NCBI GenBank assembly: GCA_902534495.1
Contig: CACAQC010000002.1
Span: 14,517 to 78,516, forward strand
DNA from: an uncultured Candidatus Actinomarina sp.
Lineage (GTDB): Bacteria > Actinomycetota > Acidimicrobiia > Actinomarinales > Actinomarinaceae
DNA: 64,000 nucleotides
Direction of reading: 5' to 3'
Below, piece after piece: positions 28,855-39,912 of this stretch. The notes beneath the pieces were generated by a model. It saw only the letters and a program-made list of their open reading frames with translations. It had not been told where the DNA came from and searched no databases. Both the position numbers and the translations under genes were made by a program. Every line of letters starts with the position of its first letter. Positions within the stretch are counted from its first letter, which is position 1.

Positions 28855-30492
28855 TCACATATTATCAACAGGCTGCAAACCCAAACATTGGAAAGTTTTG
28901 ATAATTGTTTCGTAAAACATATTTACAACAAACAATCTATGAGATTTCAATGAATCATTGATATTTTCATCAAATATTTTGTTGTTTGTATAAAACCTAT
29001 TAAATTCTTGACATAAATTATAAGCATATTCTGCCAAATGATGAGGTTCGTTTAAATTTAGGGATAAATTGAAATAATATTTGAATTTTATAATTTCAAT
29101 AAGAAGGTCTCTTTCAGTCCCTGAAACTGTTAAAAACTGATAATTGATATTGCTTTGTTCAAGTAGTCTCTTTGCCCTGACTTGAGAATATTGAATAAAT
29201 ATGGCAGATTTGCCAGATGTGTTAGTAAATTTCTCTAAATCAAATACATAATTGCCAGTTCTTTTTGTCACTAAGTCTGAGTATGTTAATACACTTTTTG
29301 ATAGCATTTTGACAGTTTTTTCATCTGAATTAATTTCACTAAGTTGTTTCTGGATATCAGTAAAAAGTTGCAATAATTTATAATTTTCCCCATCCCTAGT
29401 TTTTAATGGATTTCCATTTTTATCATTTACAGTTCCAAATCCGATATGAAGAAATTCAGATTGTGATAAATCAAAAAATTCTACAAGCTTAAATAATTGG
29501 TTAAAGTGATTTTTTTGTCTTTCATCAACTACATATATGTACTTATCTGCTTTGAAATTTTTTTCTCTATACAAAATTGTTCCAATGTCTGTCGTTAAGT
29601 ACATATACGAACCATCAGATTTTGTTATTAATGCTGGCGGGTCCTGACCGTCATTCGCAATTAATGCACCATCATCCAATACCGCTAGTTTTTCTTTTTT
29701 AATAAATTCAATGAAATCCGGTATTAGTAAAATTACATCACTTTCACCTAAATAATTATCAAAATAAAAATCTAAGTCATCCAAAATTGAAACAATATTT
29801 TTTGTCGAAATATCATAAATTGTTCTCCATTGATTGATTCTTGTTTCTTTACTTAAATTTAATTCTTTTGAAATATTTAAAGCAGTCTTATAAAATTCTT
29901 TATCTTCCTTTGAAAGCTTAGCTGCTAATGGGTAAATCTTTTCAAGATCATCGTGCTTTAAAGATTGAAAATCAAGGCTTTCTTTTTCAATAAAAGCTAT
30001 TATTTGAGCAATAGGCATACCCCAGTCTCCATAATGAATGTCACTTATAGTTTTGTATCCAGCAAAATCGTAAATATTTTTTAGAGACCTTCCAATATTG
30101 AGAGTTCTAATATGGCCTACATGTAATGATTTTCCTATATTGGCTCCACCAAAATCAAACATTACAGTTTGATTATTTTTCTTAATTTTTGATTGAAAAT
30201 AATCAAACTGATTCTCTAAAAGAATTTTTATATATGATTCGTGCAGTCGTAAACTTACAAAACCATTTTCTGAAATATCATAAGCTTCGATATTTTCATT
30301 GTTTTTTAATAATTTTGTAACTTCAGCAACAATTAAATCATATTCTTCTGATTGTCTGACACTTACTAAGTTATTTATCTGAACATCGTAATCTATATTA
30401 AAATCTGAGAATTTCACTTCTATTTTTTCTTCATAACCAAACTTTTCAAGTCCTATTTCTATTGGTTTTGAAATTTCAGTAAATAACGTCAT
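28855..30492 (-). CDS. argS: Arginine--tRNA ligase
   Basis: Class I HIGH motif HVGHIRTLNIGRSL; DALR-type C-terminal anticodon-binding region; 545 aa. Confidence 0.85.
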   Translation of the reverse strand: MTLFTEISKPIEIGLEKFGYEEKIEVKFSDFNIDYDVQINNLVSVRQSEEYDLIVAEVTKLLKNNENIEAYDISENGFVSLRLHESYIKILLENQFDYFQSKIKKNNQTVMFDFGGANIGKSLHVGHIRTLNIGRSLKNIYDFAGYKTISDIHYGDWGMPIAQIIAFIEKESLDFQSLKHDDLEKIYPLAAKLSKEDKEFYKTALNISKELNLSKETRINQWRTIYDISTKNIVSILDDLDFYFDNYLGESDVILLIPDFIEFIKKEKLAVLDDGALIANDGQDPPALITKSDGSYMYLTTDIGTILYREKNFKADKYIYVVDERQKNHFNQLFKLVEFFDLSQSEFLHIGFGTVNDKNGNPLKTRDGENYKLLQLFTDIQKQLSEINSDEKTVKMLSKSVLTYSDLVTKRTGNYVFDLEKFTNTSGKSAIFIQYSQVRAKRLLEQSNINYQFLTVSGTERDLLIEIIKFKYYFNLSLNLNEPHHLAEYAYNLCQEFNRFYTNNKIFDENINDSLKSHRLFVVNMFYETIIKTFQCLGLQPVDNM

Positions 30493-30558
30493 AAATTTTC
30501 CTAAAGATTCTTTTCTTTACATAACATTAGCTTAGCTTTTGAGAATATAATGTTTTAA

Positions 30559-32076
30559 GTGGTATCAGATAAAATAAATATATATAAAAATCAAATTTTA
30601 GTATTTTTCATTATCTTTTCCGTTTATTTATCTCGAGTATTCAATCAATTGTTTCCGGCTAACTATCAACAAGACGATGTTTCTGAGCTGAGAGTAGTTT
30701 TCTATAATGATATATTTTGTGCCATTCGTTACAGTGGAGATAATCATCCGCTGTTAGCTTTAATTACTTGGAGTGCATCAAAAATTTTTTTAAATCCAGA
30801 ATATGTCATTTCATTCTTTATAGTTTCAACTACTATTTTGTCATTCTTTTTGATGTTTAAAATTCTTGATGAATCGTATCCAATCTATATTTCAATCTTA
30901 GGTTTGGTGATAATTTTATTTTCTCCAGTTATTTTGACATATTCTATATCTTTGAAACAGTATATATTTGAGCTGTTTGCATGTTTATATTCATTCCGTT
31001 TTGTTCAGCTTTATTTAAATAATAAAATTAAAAAAGGCCAATATTCAAGGTATTTGCTATTTTCTTCAGTTTTAGTTTTAATTTCTTTTGTAAATATTCT
31101 TCCCTTCATAATGACAATTATTTTCATTCTGTTCCATGACAAGAAATTAAGATTTAAACAGGTAGCTTTACCGTTATTTCTCTTATTGCCTTTTTCTACA
31201 ATGTTTATAGATAAGCTTCAAAGAGTGTCCGCAGGGGGCTATTGGGATAATTTTTTTCTTTCAACAAATATATCTTCACTGAACGTATTGTTAAAAAATA
31301 TTTATTTTTTAATTACTCTATTTGTAAAAAGCTTATTTATTGAAAATCTGCTATTACTAGCTCTTTTCCTTTTTTTTGCTTCTTTGATAATTCCATTTAT
31401 CACGAAAGAAAAATTGACACTGTATGCCTTTATTGGAATTATTATTTTATTTTTGATTTCAGCATTGAGGTTATATCCGTTGGGCGCTGGTAGAACTGAT
31501 ATAGTCTTTTTACCTTATTTTGTTTATTTGATTGCAGCCTTTTTACACTGGTTATCTCTCAAAACAAAATTGAATTACAACTTTTTATTTGTTTTGATAT
31601 CTGTTCTTTATATTTTAAATGGTTATCTGAATTCAAATGTTTATTATAAAGATGAGAATGTTGCTCCATTAATTGAGATAGTTGAAGAGGAGTTTAATAA
31701 TCAGGAGACACTTATTGTTGTAGAGAAAGAACAATATTCATCAATTCTTTATTATTCAAAAAATTTAGTTAATAACATTACAGTCGAGGACCTGAACAAA
31801 TGTTTGAAGACACTGCCAAATATTACAAATTTGTATGTCTCTTATGACAAAAATCTTTTTCAGAATTATTCTTCCATCCCAATAAAAAATCTAAAGAGCA
31901 GTCTTTTTAGTGATTTAAACAATAAACAAGTTTATTTAATAGGAATTGAACTAGATGGTACTGTAGGTAATTTTAGAGACACTATAAAAGAGTTAGAAGA
32001 AAATTTGTTTTATAAAAAAACATTAAAAAAATTTAGAAGTGGTTTAACAATTGGATATTTTATAAAAAATGGATAA
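30559..32076 (+). CDS. Polytopic membrane protein; candidate GT-C glycosyltransferase or polymerase at the start of the glycan island
   Basis: More than 10 TM helices with a long hydrophilic C-terminal domain. Confidence 0.4.
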   Translation: MVSDKINIYKNQILVFFIIFSVYLSRVFNQLFPANYQQDDVSELRVVFYNDIFCAIRYSGDNHPLLALITWSASKIFLNPEYVISFFIVSTTILSFFLMFKILDESYPIYISILGLVIILFSPVILTYSISLKQYIFELFACLYSFRFVQLYLNNKIKKGQYSRYLLFSSVLVLISFVNILPFIMTIIFILFHDKKLRFKQVALPLFLLLPFSTMFIDKLQRVSAGGYWDNFFLSTNISSLNVLLKNIYFLITLFVKSLFIENLLLLALFLFFASLIIPFITKEKLTLYAFIGIIILFLISALRLYPLGAGRTDIVFLPYFVYLIAAFLHWLSLKTKLNYNFLFVLISVLYILNGYLNSNVYYKDENVAPLIEIVEEEFNNQETLIVVEKEQYSSILYYSKNLVNNITVEDLNKCLKTLPNITNLYVSYDKNLFQNYSSIPIKNLKSSLFSDLNNKQVYLIGIELDGTVGNFRDTIKELEENLFYKKTLKKFRSGLTIGYFIKNG

Positions 32077-33151
32077 ATCAATTTTAGTTATATGCACTTC
32101 ATTAAATATGGGGGGTTCAGAAAAACAAGCTGTTTGGCTTTCCAACAAACTATCAGACAATGGATATAGAGTTTTTTTTGTTTCACTGAAGGATGCTGGA
32201 ATACTTTCGGAAACATTAAATTCAAATATAGTTGTAAAAAACTTTAAATTGGCAAAAGCAAAAAATGTATATTACAAAATGTTTTACTTTATTTTGGGCA
32301 TAATTCGTCTAATAAAACTTGTAAATAAATATAAAATTTCAAAAACTGTAACTTTTTTATTCCATTCAAACCTTGTTGGTAAAATTGTAAAGACTTTTAG
32401 CTTTCATAAAAATGTACATATTGCATCTTTTAGGTCAGATAGGCTCAGTAAGCGAGATTCAAATATTAGTAAACTAAGAACACTTATATTTCGAAATTTC
32501 ATATTAGATAACAACACAACTGTTGTTTTTAACTCAATATCTGGATCTAGCAAATTAAATCTTAAAAACACAATTCAAGAAGTTATATTTAATTTTCCTC
32601 TTAATCCTAAACAAGATAAAAATATTTTTGATAATAAATTTGTGTATATAGGGAGACTTGATGAGCTTAAAAATGTTCAAAATATAGTTTTAGGATTTAC
32701 AAAGTTAGAAACTCTGGATGCAACTTTAGATATCTATGGAAAAGGACCAGACTTTCCAAAAATTCAAGAAATTATTGAACAGCATTCACTTGAAGACAAA
32801 GTGTCATTAAAAGGAGTTGATGCAGACATCTCTAACAATCTCAATAATTATGATGCACTAATACTTGGTTCTACACATGAAGCATTTCCAAATGTAATAA
32901 TTGAAGCTTTTAATGCTGGTGTAATTCCCATATCAACAAATGTTGGTGATGTAGAGTGGCTCATCAAGAAAGAAAGAGGGATATTAATTGAGGGATTTAC
33001 ATCAAGTGAAATAGCTAAAAGCATGACGAAGTTTTTAGAACTAGATATTGAGTCAAGAAAAAAATATATCGCTAATGGTAGGAATTTTCTTATCAAAGAA
33101 TTGAATGAAAAGGATATTTTTAATCAATGGATAGACGTAATAGGAAATTAA
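32069..33151 (+). CDS. Glycosyltransferase family 4 (GT-B)
   Basis: EAFPNVIIEAFNAGVIPIST matches the EX7E motif. Confidence 0.75.
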   Translation: MDKSILVICTSLNMGGSEKQAVWLSNKLSDNGYRVFFVSLKDAGILSETLNSNIVVKNFKLAKAKNVYYKMFYFILGIIRLIKLVNKYKISKTVTFLFHSNLVGKIVKTFSFHKNVHIASFRSDRLSKRDSNISKLRTLIFRNFILDNNTTVVFNSISGSSKLNLKNTIQEVIFNFPLNPKQDKNIFDNKFVYIGRLDELKNVQNIVLGFTKLETLDATLDIYGKGPDFPKIQEIIEQHSLEDKVSLKGVDADISNNLNNYDALILGSTHEAFPNVIIEAFNAGVIPISTNVGDVEWLIKKERGILIEGFTSSEIAKSMTKFLELDIESRKKYIANGRNFLIKELNEKDIFNQWIDVIGN

Positions 33152-33343
33152 AGCTAATCTTTTGAACTTTTTCTAACCTTTTTTAAAACTGAAAGTATGA
33201 AAAATTTTAAATTTTTAAAGTAGATTCCAACAGTAATTCCTGCCGCTAATAGTGCTTGAAACAAATAAGAACCTGTTCCTGGATCTAAATAGTGTAAATT
33301 TTCGCTAAATGGAATCATATCTATACATTAATACTTATATCTT

Positions 33344-34441
33344 TTAATTGCTTGAATATAAATTGTAAGAATTTTGGATGATTTCATTTAAATCTTTAGA
33401 GCTAATTTCAAATTCAAAATTTGTAACTCTACTATTCATTAGAACAATTTTACTGATATCTGTTGAATCGAAGCTTTGTCCAAATAAATTTTCAAAATCC
33501 TCATTTAAATTTAAAGTGTTTAATATATTTCCAGATTCGATAATTAGATTACCTCCCGGCATTTTGTTTATTTTTTTGTAAAATTTTTTGATAATGCTTA
33601 CTACTGAAAATGCGCATGCAATACCATGGGGTATTTTATAAAGGCTTGTTAGAGGGTACGAAATTGAATGATTCAAGGAAGTTCTTGATATATTTATCGC
33701 CTGTCCTGACAAGTTAGAAGCTTCTAAAAGCTTTTCTCGAATATCTAAATTTGCTAAATCTTTTAAAACTAATGGGAGATATTTATTAATAATTTCTAAG
33801 GCTTTAATAGAAAGTTGAATTGACTCAGGTGTCTTATTTTTATTCCATAAACTATCTAATGAATGACAAAGGGCATCTAAGCATGTTGAAAGAGTAAGGC
33901 TTTTAGGAAGTGAAACCAGAAATTTAGGATTTAAATAGACAAAATCTGGCAACATTGATTCATCTTCAAAAGATAGTTTTTGTTTATTTTTTTCATCCCA
34001 TATTGTTGTAAATTTAGTACTTTCTGCACCACTCCCTGAAGTAGTGGGTATTGCAATACTTAAAACTTGGTTCTCATTATCCTTTTTTATTTCAGAAATA
34101 TCCGTTATTGTTTTTGTGCTTTCAGTCATACAAGATGAGTACAGTTTTGCAATGTCCATGGCACTTCCTCCACCGATTGATAAAACAAGACTATTTAATA
34201 ATGTCTTGTTCTTTTTTTTATTTAAGACTTCAGTTACTAAATTTAAATCTGGGTATTTATCAACTGTAAAGATTTCAACTTCATTAATCGGATTATGATT
34301 AAGTATTTTTACAAACTCAGATTCGTATCCTCTTTTTAAATTACCGCTTGAAGTAAAAATAATTGTATTGAACTCTTTATACGAGTTATTTAAGCCTAAA
34401 AAGTGATCTATAAAATCAGATTTAATTATTTGTTGGGTCAT
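33344..34441 (-). CDS. Iron-containing (group III) alcohol dehydrogenase family; candidate phosphonoacetaldehyde reductase (FomC/PhpC-like)
   Basis: GGGSAMDIAKLY metal/NAD motif; directly downstream of ppd and pepM on the same strand. Confidence 0.65.
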   Translation of the reverse strand: MTQQIIKSDFIDHFLGLNNSYKEFNTIIFTSSGNLKRGYESEFVKILNHNPINEVEIFTVDKYPDLNLVTEVLNKKKNKTLLNSLVLSIGGGSAMDIAKLYSSCMTESTKTITDISEIKKDNENQVLSIAIPTTSGSGAESTKFTTIWDEKNKQKLSFEDESMLPDFVYLNPKFLVSLPKSLTLSTCLDALCHSLDSLWNKNKTPESIQLSIKALEIINKYLPLVLKDLANLDIREKLLEASNLSGQAINISRTSLNHSISYPLTSLYKIPHGIACAFSVVSIIKKFYKKINKMPGGNLIIESGNILNTLNLNEDFENLFGQSFDSTDISKIVLMNSRVTNFEFEISSKDLNEIIQNSYNLYSSN

Positions 34442-35546
34442 TGTTGATTTTTTCCATAAAATTTCTCTTATTTTCTTCTGGCGTTTTATCCGGTCTTGAA
34501 AGATTTTTATCTGAGCTGTTTTGTACTTTAACCTCTATGAATGTTGGACCATCAAAATTTTCAATATTAATATGATCAAATTCTTCATAATTTTTTACGA
34601 TTAATACACTTTTGTAACCCAATGATTTAGCTAATCCGTTACTGTCAATTTGATCATAAATATTTGGTTGTCCACCAACAGATTCGTGAGAAGAATTATT
34701 AAATATTACATGGATAAAATTTTTCATGTTGCTTTGACCAATTATTCCAAGTGATCCCATGTGCATCAACAAAGATCCATCACCATCTAAACAAACTACT
34801 TTATTTTCATTTAAATTTTGATTGATACCATAAGCAATGGAAGAGGCATGCCCCATCCCTCCTACGACATATAAATCATTAGGAGTTTGCTCACTATTTT
34901 TTCTAATCTCATAAAGCTCTCTGGAAAGCTTCCCGGTTGTGGAAATATATAATGTTTTTTCATCAAATAGATCAAGAATCTTTTTTAATGCCTCATTCCT
35001 TTTTGGCAGTGAATTATTGTTTTCAAACACCCTCTCATCTTTTTCAAATGTATTTTTTCTTACGACTAATGCCAATGGGTAGTGAGAGTTGATACTTTCT
35101 CTTATTTTTTTTGTAATACTTTCTAAATCTGTATTGCTGTCAATAATAATGTAATCAATATCAAGCAATTTTAAGAGATCAAGGGTAATTTTGCCCTGAA
35201 AAATGTGCTGCGGTTCATCTTGTAAACCAGGCTCTCCTCGCCATCCAACTAGCAAAATAAATGGTATGTTGTAAATATCTTTATGTAATAGAGAAGTATA
35301 TGGGTTTACAAAATTTCCCAACCCTGAATTTTGCATGTAAATAAGCGGAATTTTATTTGTAGCTAAATTATATCCCATGCACATTGCGAGAGCAGATCCC
35401 TCATTTGTTGCAATAACATGATTTTTATCGTCAAAGTCAAAATGCAAGCTTTTGCTAAATTCTGACATTAATGAATCTGGCACCCCTGTATAAAATTCAA
35501 TACCAACTTTGTTTAGTTCATTAATAAAAGTTTTTGCGTTAATCAT
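34422..35546 (-). CDS. ppd: Phosphonopyruvate decarboxylase (TPP-dependent)
   Basis: 374 aa, the short TPP-decarboxylase size typical of Ppd/Fom2; TPP motif LDGDGSLLMHMGSL; N-terminus YTGVPDSLM; adjacent to pepM. Confidence 0.75.
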   Translation of the reverse strand: MINAKTFINELNKVGIEFYTGVPDSLMSEFSKSLHFDFDDKNHVIATNEGSALAMCMGYNLATNKIPLIYMQNSGLGNFVNPYTSLLHKDIYNIPFILLVGWRGEPGLQDEPQHIFQGKITLDLLKLLDIDYIIIDSNTDLESITKKIRESINSHYPLALVVRKNTFEKDERVFENNNSLPKRNEALKKILDLFDEKTLYISTTGKLSRELYEIRKNSEQTPNDLYVVGGMGHASSIAYGINQNLNENKVVCLDGDGSLLMHMGSLGIIGQSNMKNFIHVIFNNSSHESVGGQPNIYDQIDSNGLAKSLGYKSVLIVKNYEEFDHINIENFDGPTFIEVKVQNSSDKNLSRPDKTPEENKRNFMEKINNDPTNN

Positions 35547-35549
35547 AAT

Positions 35550-36983
35550 TTAATCTGAAGGAATAAAATTTATGACTTCTTTAACACTCATCAGTTTCTT
35601 TTCTAGCTCTTGTGTTCTTCCAAATTTTAATATTTCTTCAGCAGTATTTAACATAGCCGGATAAGCACTACGCAAAAGATGATTAGCATAAATTACAATA
35701 TCAACACCTAATTTTTTGAATTCATCAAGTGTTATGTGATTGTAAGTTGTGGGAACAACTATCACAGGAACATCAAAATCTTTTTTAAAATTTTCAACAA
35801 ACTGAAATATAAGTTCTTCAGAGTTATCTTTACTATGAATTAATACACCATTTGCTCCTGAATCAGCATAACTTCTTCCTCTCAAAAGAGCGTCTTCTAT
35901 CCCTTTGCCAAGAATCAAACTTTCAATTCTTGCAATGACCATGAACTCATCTGTTTGTTTCGAATTAATACCAACCTTTATCTTTTCACAAAAGTTTTCA
36001 ATTGAATCCTGCTCTTGTTTTACGTCTGTTCCAAATAAAGAGTTTTTCTTTAACCCTTTTTTATCTTCGATTACAACAGCTGAAACACCCAAACGTTCAA
36101 GATTTTGTACAGTATAAGTAAAATGTTCTGGCTTACCCCCTGTATCCCCATCGTATATTATGGGTTTTGTCGTCACTTCCATAACTTCATTTAAAGTTGC
36201 TAATCTTGAACTAGTATCAACTGCTTCAATATCTGGCTTTCCCTTGGCAGTTGAGTCAGTTAAACTACTTGCCCACATTCCATCGAATTGAAGTTTTAAA
36301 TTATTCTTTTCGTAGGTAGCATTTTCTACAATGATTGCTGACAAAGCATTGTGTATATCCAGAAATGTAAGAGTATCTTTTATGTTAAGTGCTTTTTTAA
36401 GTGATTTTCTTCTATCTTCCGTTGTAATTGTTTTATCAAATTTATTTTTTAAAGAAGTAGATGAAATACCTTCTGTATAGGGTATTTCAATCAACTCTCC
36501 ACCCCATTCACTTAAAACTTTAATTACTTTTTTTCTAGTTTCTTTTTGAATTCCAGTCGTCCAATCATCACCATGCACAACATATTTTGGTTTTAAGGTT
36601 CTGAGGTTATCGGAATAATCTAGTGTCTCTTGCATAACGATGTTGTCTACATATTTAATTCCCTCAATTACTCTAAGTCTTTCTTCATAAGTCATTAAAG
36701 GAATTTTCTTGTATGATGCTATAGCTTTATCTGTCAGTAGACCCACAGTAACTTGTCCATATTCACTCGCTGTCTTTAAGATATTCATATGGCCTGGATG
36801 AATAATATCCGCACTCATGCCGACATATACTGAATGATTTTCCACGATATTACTACTATAATTCATTCTGCTATCGATACTAACAACACATATAAAATTA
36901 TTTTTTTTGTTGAAAACCTTAGTCATTTTAGATTTGTTGAAAAACTTTTTAATTATTTTTACGAAAAAAATGCAAATATTCAT
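35550..36983 (-). CDS. pepM: Bifunctional cytidylyltransferase / phosphoenolpyruvate mutase (Fom1-like fusion)
   Basis: N-terminal HxGH nucleotidyltransferase motif [19 protein letters not shown]-terminal PEP mutase motifs [18 protein letters not shown] and [16 protein letters not shown] (compare mussel PepM EDKLFPKTNSLH). The start is probably an internal Met (36926 or 36866) rather than 36983. Confidence 0.8.
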   Translation of the reverse strand: MNICIFFVKIIKKFFNKSKMTKVFNKKNNFICVVSIDSRMNYSSNIVENHSVYVGMSADIIHPGHMNILKTASEYGQVTVGLLTDKAIASYKKIPLMTYEERLRVIEGIKYVDNIVMQETLDYSDNLRTLKPKYVVHGDDWTTGIQKETRKKVIKVLSEWGGELIEIPYTEGISSTSLKNKFDKTITTEDRRKSLKKALNIKDTLTFLDIHNALSAIIVENATYEKNNLKLQFDGMWASSLTDSTAKGKPDIEAVDTSSRLATLNEVMEVTTKPIIYDGDTGGKPEHFTYTVQNLERLGVSAVVIEDKKGLKKNSLFGTDVKQEQDSIENFCEKIKVGINSKQTDEFMVIARIESLILGKGIEDALLRGRSYADSGANGVLIHSKDNSEELIFQFVENFKKDFDVPVIVVPTTYNHITLDEFKKLGVDIVIYANHLLRSAYPAMLNTAEEILKFGRTQELEKKLMSVKEVINFIPSD

Positions 36984-37892
36984 TTACTCTGCTTAGATAT
37001 ACCTTTTGGAAACAGAACCTATAAATCTGATAATCTAACAATTCAAGTTTTAGATAGTGATTTAGAAAAAATTAAAGCTTTAAAAAGTCTTACCGGAGAC
37101 TTGTTTATAACCACAACACCAAGTATTGGTAATAGTATTTTCCCCAAGTCTTCAATGCCAAAAAATCAAAGGCCAACTTATGTTTATGTTTTTCATTCTC
37201 TAGTCAGCCCAAATGAAATGTACATAAAGGGCTCATTTGATGGCTTTGACATTTTATTATCTCCATCAGAGCTTATTTCAGAACAATTAAAACCTTTGAT
37301 TTCAAAAAATGCTCAAGTATTTACCACAGGCTATCTACTTTTCGATAATATTCAAAAATTTGAATATAAAGATAAATTTGTTAATGATGTTCTTATTGCG
37401 CCTACTTGGGGTTCTAAAGGTTTGGACGAAATAATTCAAAATATTGATAAAATTAAAAACTTTATTAATAGATTAAATTTTAAAGCTATTTTTAGACCTC
37501 ATCCAATGACTTCATTAGATGAACTTAAGAAAATACCCTTTGACATAGACACTGATAAAGACCTGAATAATTTACATTCATACAAGTATTTAATTACTGA
37601 TTATTCAGGCATTGCACTCGAATTTTTCTATCTTACAGGCAGGCCTATTATTTTTTTAGATGTTCCAAAAAAAATTAAGAGAAAAATTCCTGTTTTTAGT
37701 ATAGAGGAGAAGAACTATTTGTTAATTGAAAATGAGATGCGTAATGTGATTGGAAAAAGCTTTTCTATAAGCGATTTAGATAATCTAACCTCCTTTCCGG
37801 AAATTTTGGAAGATATTTCAAAAGAATTCATTTCAAAAGTAAATTTTTCAGACGAGTCTCTCGATAAAACTATTTCGATTCTAAATATTTAG
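36834..37892 (+). CDS. TagB/TagF-like CDP-alcohol phosphotransferase family protein (Glyphos_transf-like)
   Basis: [11 protein letters not shown] resembles the YAPTWR motif of teichoic-acid glycerophosphotransferases. The start is uncertain because the ORF-track start overlaps the 5' end of the divergent pepM. Confidence 0.45.
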   Translation: MIFHDITTIIHSAIDTNNTYKIIFFVENLSHFRFVEKLFNYFYEKNANIHLLCLDIPFGNRTYKSDNLTIQVLDSDLEKIKALKSLTGDLFITTTPSIGNSIFPKSSMPKNQRPTYVYVFHSLVSPNEMYIKGSFDGFDILLSPSELISEQLKPLISKNAQVFTTGYLLFDNIQKFEYKDKFVNDVLIAPTWGSKGLDEIIQNIDKIKNFINRLNFKAIFRPHPMTSLDELKKIPFDIDTDKDLNNLHSYKYLITDYSGIALEFFYLTGRPIIFLDVPKKIKRKIPVFSIEEKNYLLIENEMRNVIGKSFSISDLDNLTSFPEILEDISKEFISKVNFSDESLDKTISILNI

Positions 37893-37894
37893 AT

Positions 37895-39787
37895 TTATTT
37901 AGATAGATTCTCACGATTTTTAAATAATACTTGACCGTCATCAATTCCACCAATTATTTCATTATCAATTACATTTATTGACGAAGGAAGATGTGAATTG
38001 TTTATATTTTCAGTATTTATTTTATCCAGTATTGATAAGTCATTATTTAAATATGAATGTACATAAATAAATAAATTTTGCAAAATTCTTTTATCAAAGT
38101 CAATTTGTTCTAAATCAGGAGTTCTAATCGCAACAAAAGTTCCGTGTCTATCTTGTATGTCTTGTCTATTTATCTCATCTGGTGGGTAATCGTGTAAAGA
38201 AGTACAGTTCTTTGTCAAAAAAGGTCCGTGGTCACCAATTAAAATTATGATGCTATTTTCAAATGACTCCTTGAGCGAATTTACATCTTCTCTCATTTCC
38301 ATGTTGCCTTTTTTTAAATCTTTTTTCCAGTTTTCAAACTCTCCATCAAGACACTCTCCACTATTTTGAGTGTGTCCTGGATAGTAGGTATGGCTGTAAA
38401 GAAATACAGGATTATCATACTCATGAATTTGACCCAAAAAATTACGTTTTTGTTCCAAATAATTAATATGTGGAGAAGCATATATTAAATCTTTAAATGT
38501 TTGTTTTCCTCTCAACATTGATTTATATATATTACTTGATCTATTTGCTGATACAGGGTAGTAGTAATCATAATTAGGAGCTGCAGTTGGCGGCAAATAA
38601 AAAGAACTAGTAAAAATTCCAGCAGTAAAATATTCATTATCATTTAACAAATTTATAAAACTGGAATAGCCACCAGTTATTAATCTTCCATTTTTCTCGC
38701 CATAAGTATTAGTTTCACCTTGAAATAAACCAGACATTGTTGCAAGGGTGTAGCTTCCATGACTGTATATCCCATTGTAAATTGTAAATTTTTGATCAAG
38801 TAAAAAATTAATATGTTCAGAATTGTCAATATTCATATTTTCGAGAGTTTCTAGTTGCGGATATCCGTCGTAAACGAGCAGCACTATTGAAGGAGTAGTT
38901 TTTAACGATTGGTAATCAGAATTAGTAAAGACAGAGTTCATATTGATGTTTGCAAGCTCAATATCTTCTCTTTCTGTAGTTAAATTGGGAATAACTGAGA
39001 TAAAAAATATCATGACTGAAAACAGTGTAAGCTGCCTGAGAGTTGAATTAAAAATTAGATAAGCAAATATAAAAATAATCAAAAATATACCAAGTAATAT
39101 ATTTACATTGTTAGGTTTTACCCAACTATATGTGTAGCTAATTGTTGGCATCTCGAATATAAAAATCAGAAGTGATGTGTTAAATACTTGAAAAATAGAG
39201 ATACCAAGTATTGAGTCGAATATAAGTGAATAAAAGATGATTACTAGAAAACTTGTAAGTGCAAAATAAAAAACCAAATAGACCATTTCGTTTCTAAAGA
39301 GAATTTCTCTGTTACTAACACAGTATCTGAAAATTGGAATTAATGAAATAATCGAGAGTATCAAGGCCTTATTCATATTATTTTTATTTATGTTTAAAGC
39401 TTCTTGAGTATTTTCTGTTTTGAATATTGTTATTAAATATAATCCAACAAAAAATAAAAAAACTGAGGACAATAAAACTAGCTCACTTATGTTGTTGCTC
39501 TCAATTCTAAATTGTAAGAAAACGATGGAACTAAACAATATTACAAAATAAGAAAATGTAATGAGCTTATGGCTTTGATATAAATTTTTTATAGCTAATA
39601 CAGAATGCGCAATTGGTTTTCTGTCTTTTACCAGGCTAAAAAATAAAATTGAGGCAAACACAATGAAGCAAGCCCCAATTACAAGCTCTAAAAATTGTTT
39701 TGTTATACCCTCTTGTATTAAAAATCTGAGTATTGCCAAGAGACTTGTATTTATAAACAAAAAATATAGTATTTTTATTTTTAGCAT
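37895..39787 (-). CDS. Membrane-anchored alkaline-phosphatase/sulfatase-superfamily transferase (LtaS/EptA-like architecture)
   Basis: About 10 N-terminal TM helices and a C-terminal soluble domain with IILIGDHGPF (sulfatase GDHG motif). Confidence 0.6.
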   Translation of the reverse strand: MLKIKILYFLFINTSLLAILRFLIQEGITKQFLELVIGACFIVFASILFFSLVKDRKPIAHSVLAIKNLYQSHKLITFSYFVILFSSIVFLQFRIESNNISELVLLSSVFLFFVGLYLITIFKTENTQEALNINKNNMNKALILSIISLIPIFRYCVSNREILFRNEMVYLVFYFALTSFLVIIFYSLIFDSILGISIFQVFNTSLLIFIFEMPTISYTYSWVKPNNVNILLGIFLIIFIFAYLIFNSTLRQLTLFSVMIFFISVIPNLTTEREDIELANINMNSVFTNSDYQSLKTTPSIVLLVYDGYPQLETLENMNIDNSEHINFLLDQKFTIYNGIYSHGSYTLATMSGLFQGETNTYGEKNGRLITGGYSSFINLLNDNEYFTAGIFTSSFYLPPTAAPNYDYYYPVSANRSSNIYKSMLRGKQTFKDLIYASPHINYLEQKRNFLGQIHEYDNPVFLYSHTYYPGHTQNSGECLDGEFENWKKDLKKGNMEMREDVNSLKESFENSIIILIGDHGPFLTKNCTSLHDYPPDEINRQDIQDRHGTFVAIRTPDLEQIDFDKRILQNLFIYVHSYLNNDLSILDKINTENINNSHLPSSINVIDNEIIGGIDDGQVLFKNRENLSK

Positions 39788-39912
39788 AAATTTTTTTACA
39801 TCTCCTAATTTGTAGTTTTATTCTACAAGTACACATTATGCTAACTATGTTTAGATATAAAAAATTTTAATCTTTATTAAAGATAAAACTATTTGTATTA
39901 TTCAAATAAGCT

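Noticed and set aside
33153-33317. Unlisted 54-aa minus-strand ORF (MIPFSENLHYLDPGTGSYLFQALLAAGITVGIYF...) in the 192-nt gap after the first GT4
   Set aside because: Has one hydrophobic segment and could be a small membrane peptide, but it is short, has no RBS I can point to, and sits in AT-rich DNA where such ORFs arise by chance. Noted only as a possibility.
36834-36983. Apparent 150-nt overlap between the 5' ends of divergent genes (TagF-like on plus, pepM fusion on minus)
   Set aside because: Most likely a start-codon artefact of the ORF track. The pepM fusion probably initiates at an internal Met (MTKVF or MNYSS) just upstream of the nucleotidyltransferase HxGH motif, which removes most of the overlap.
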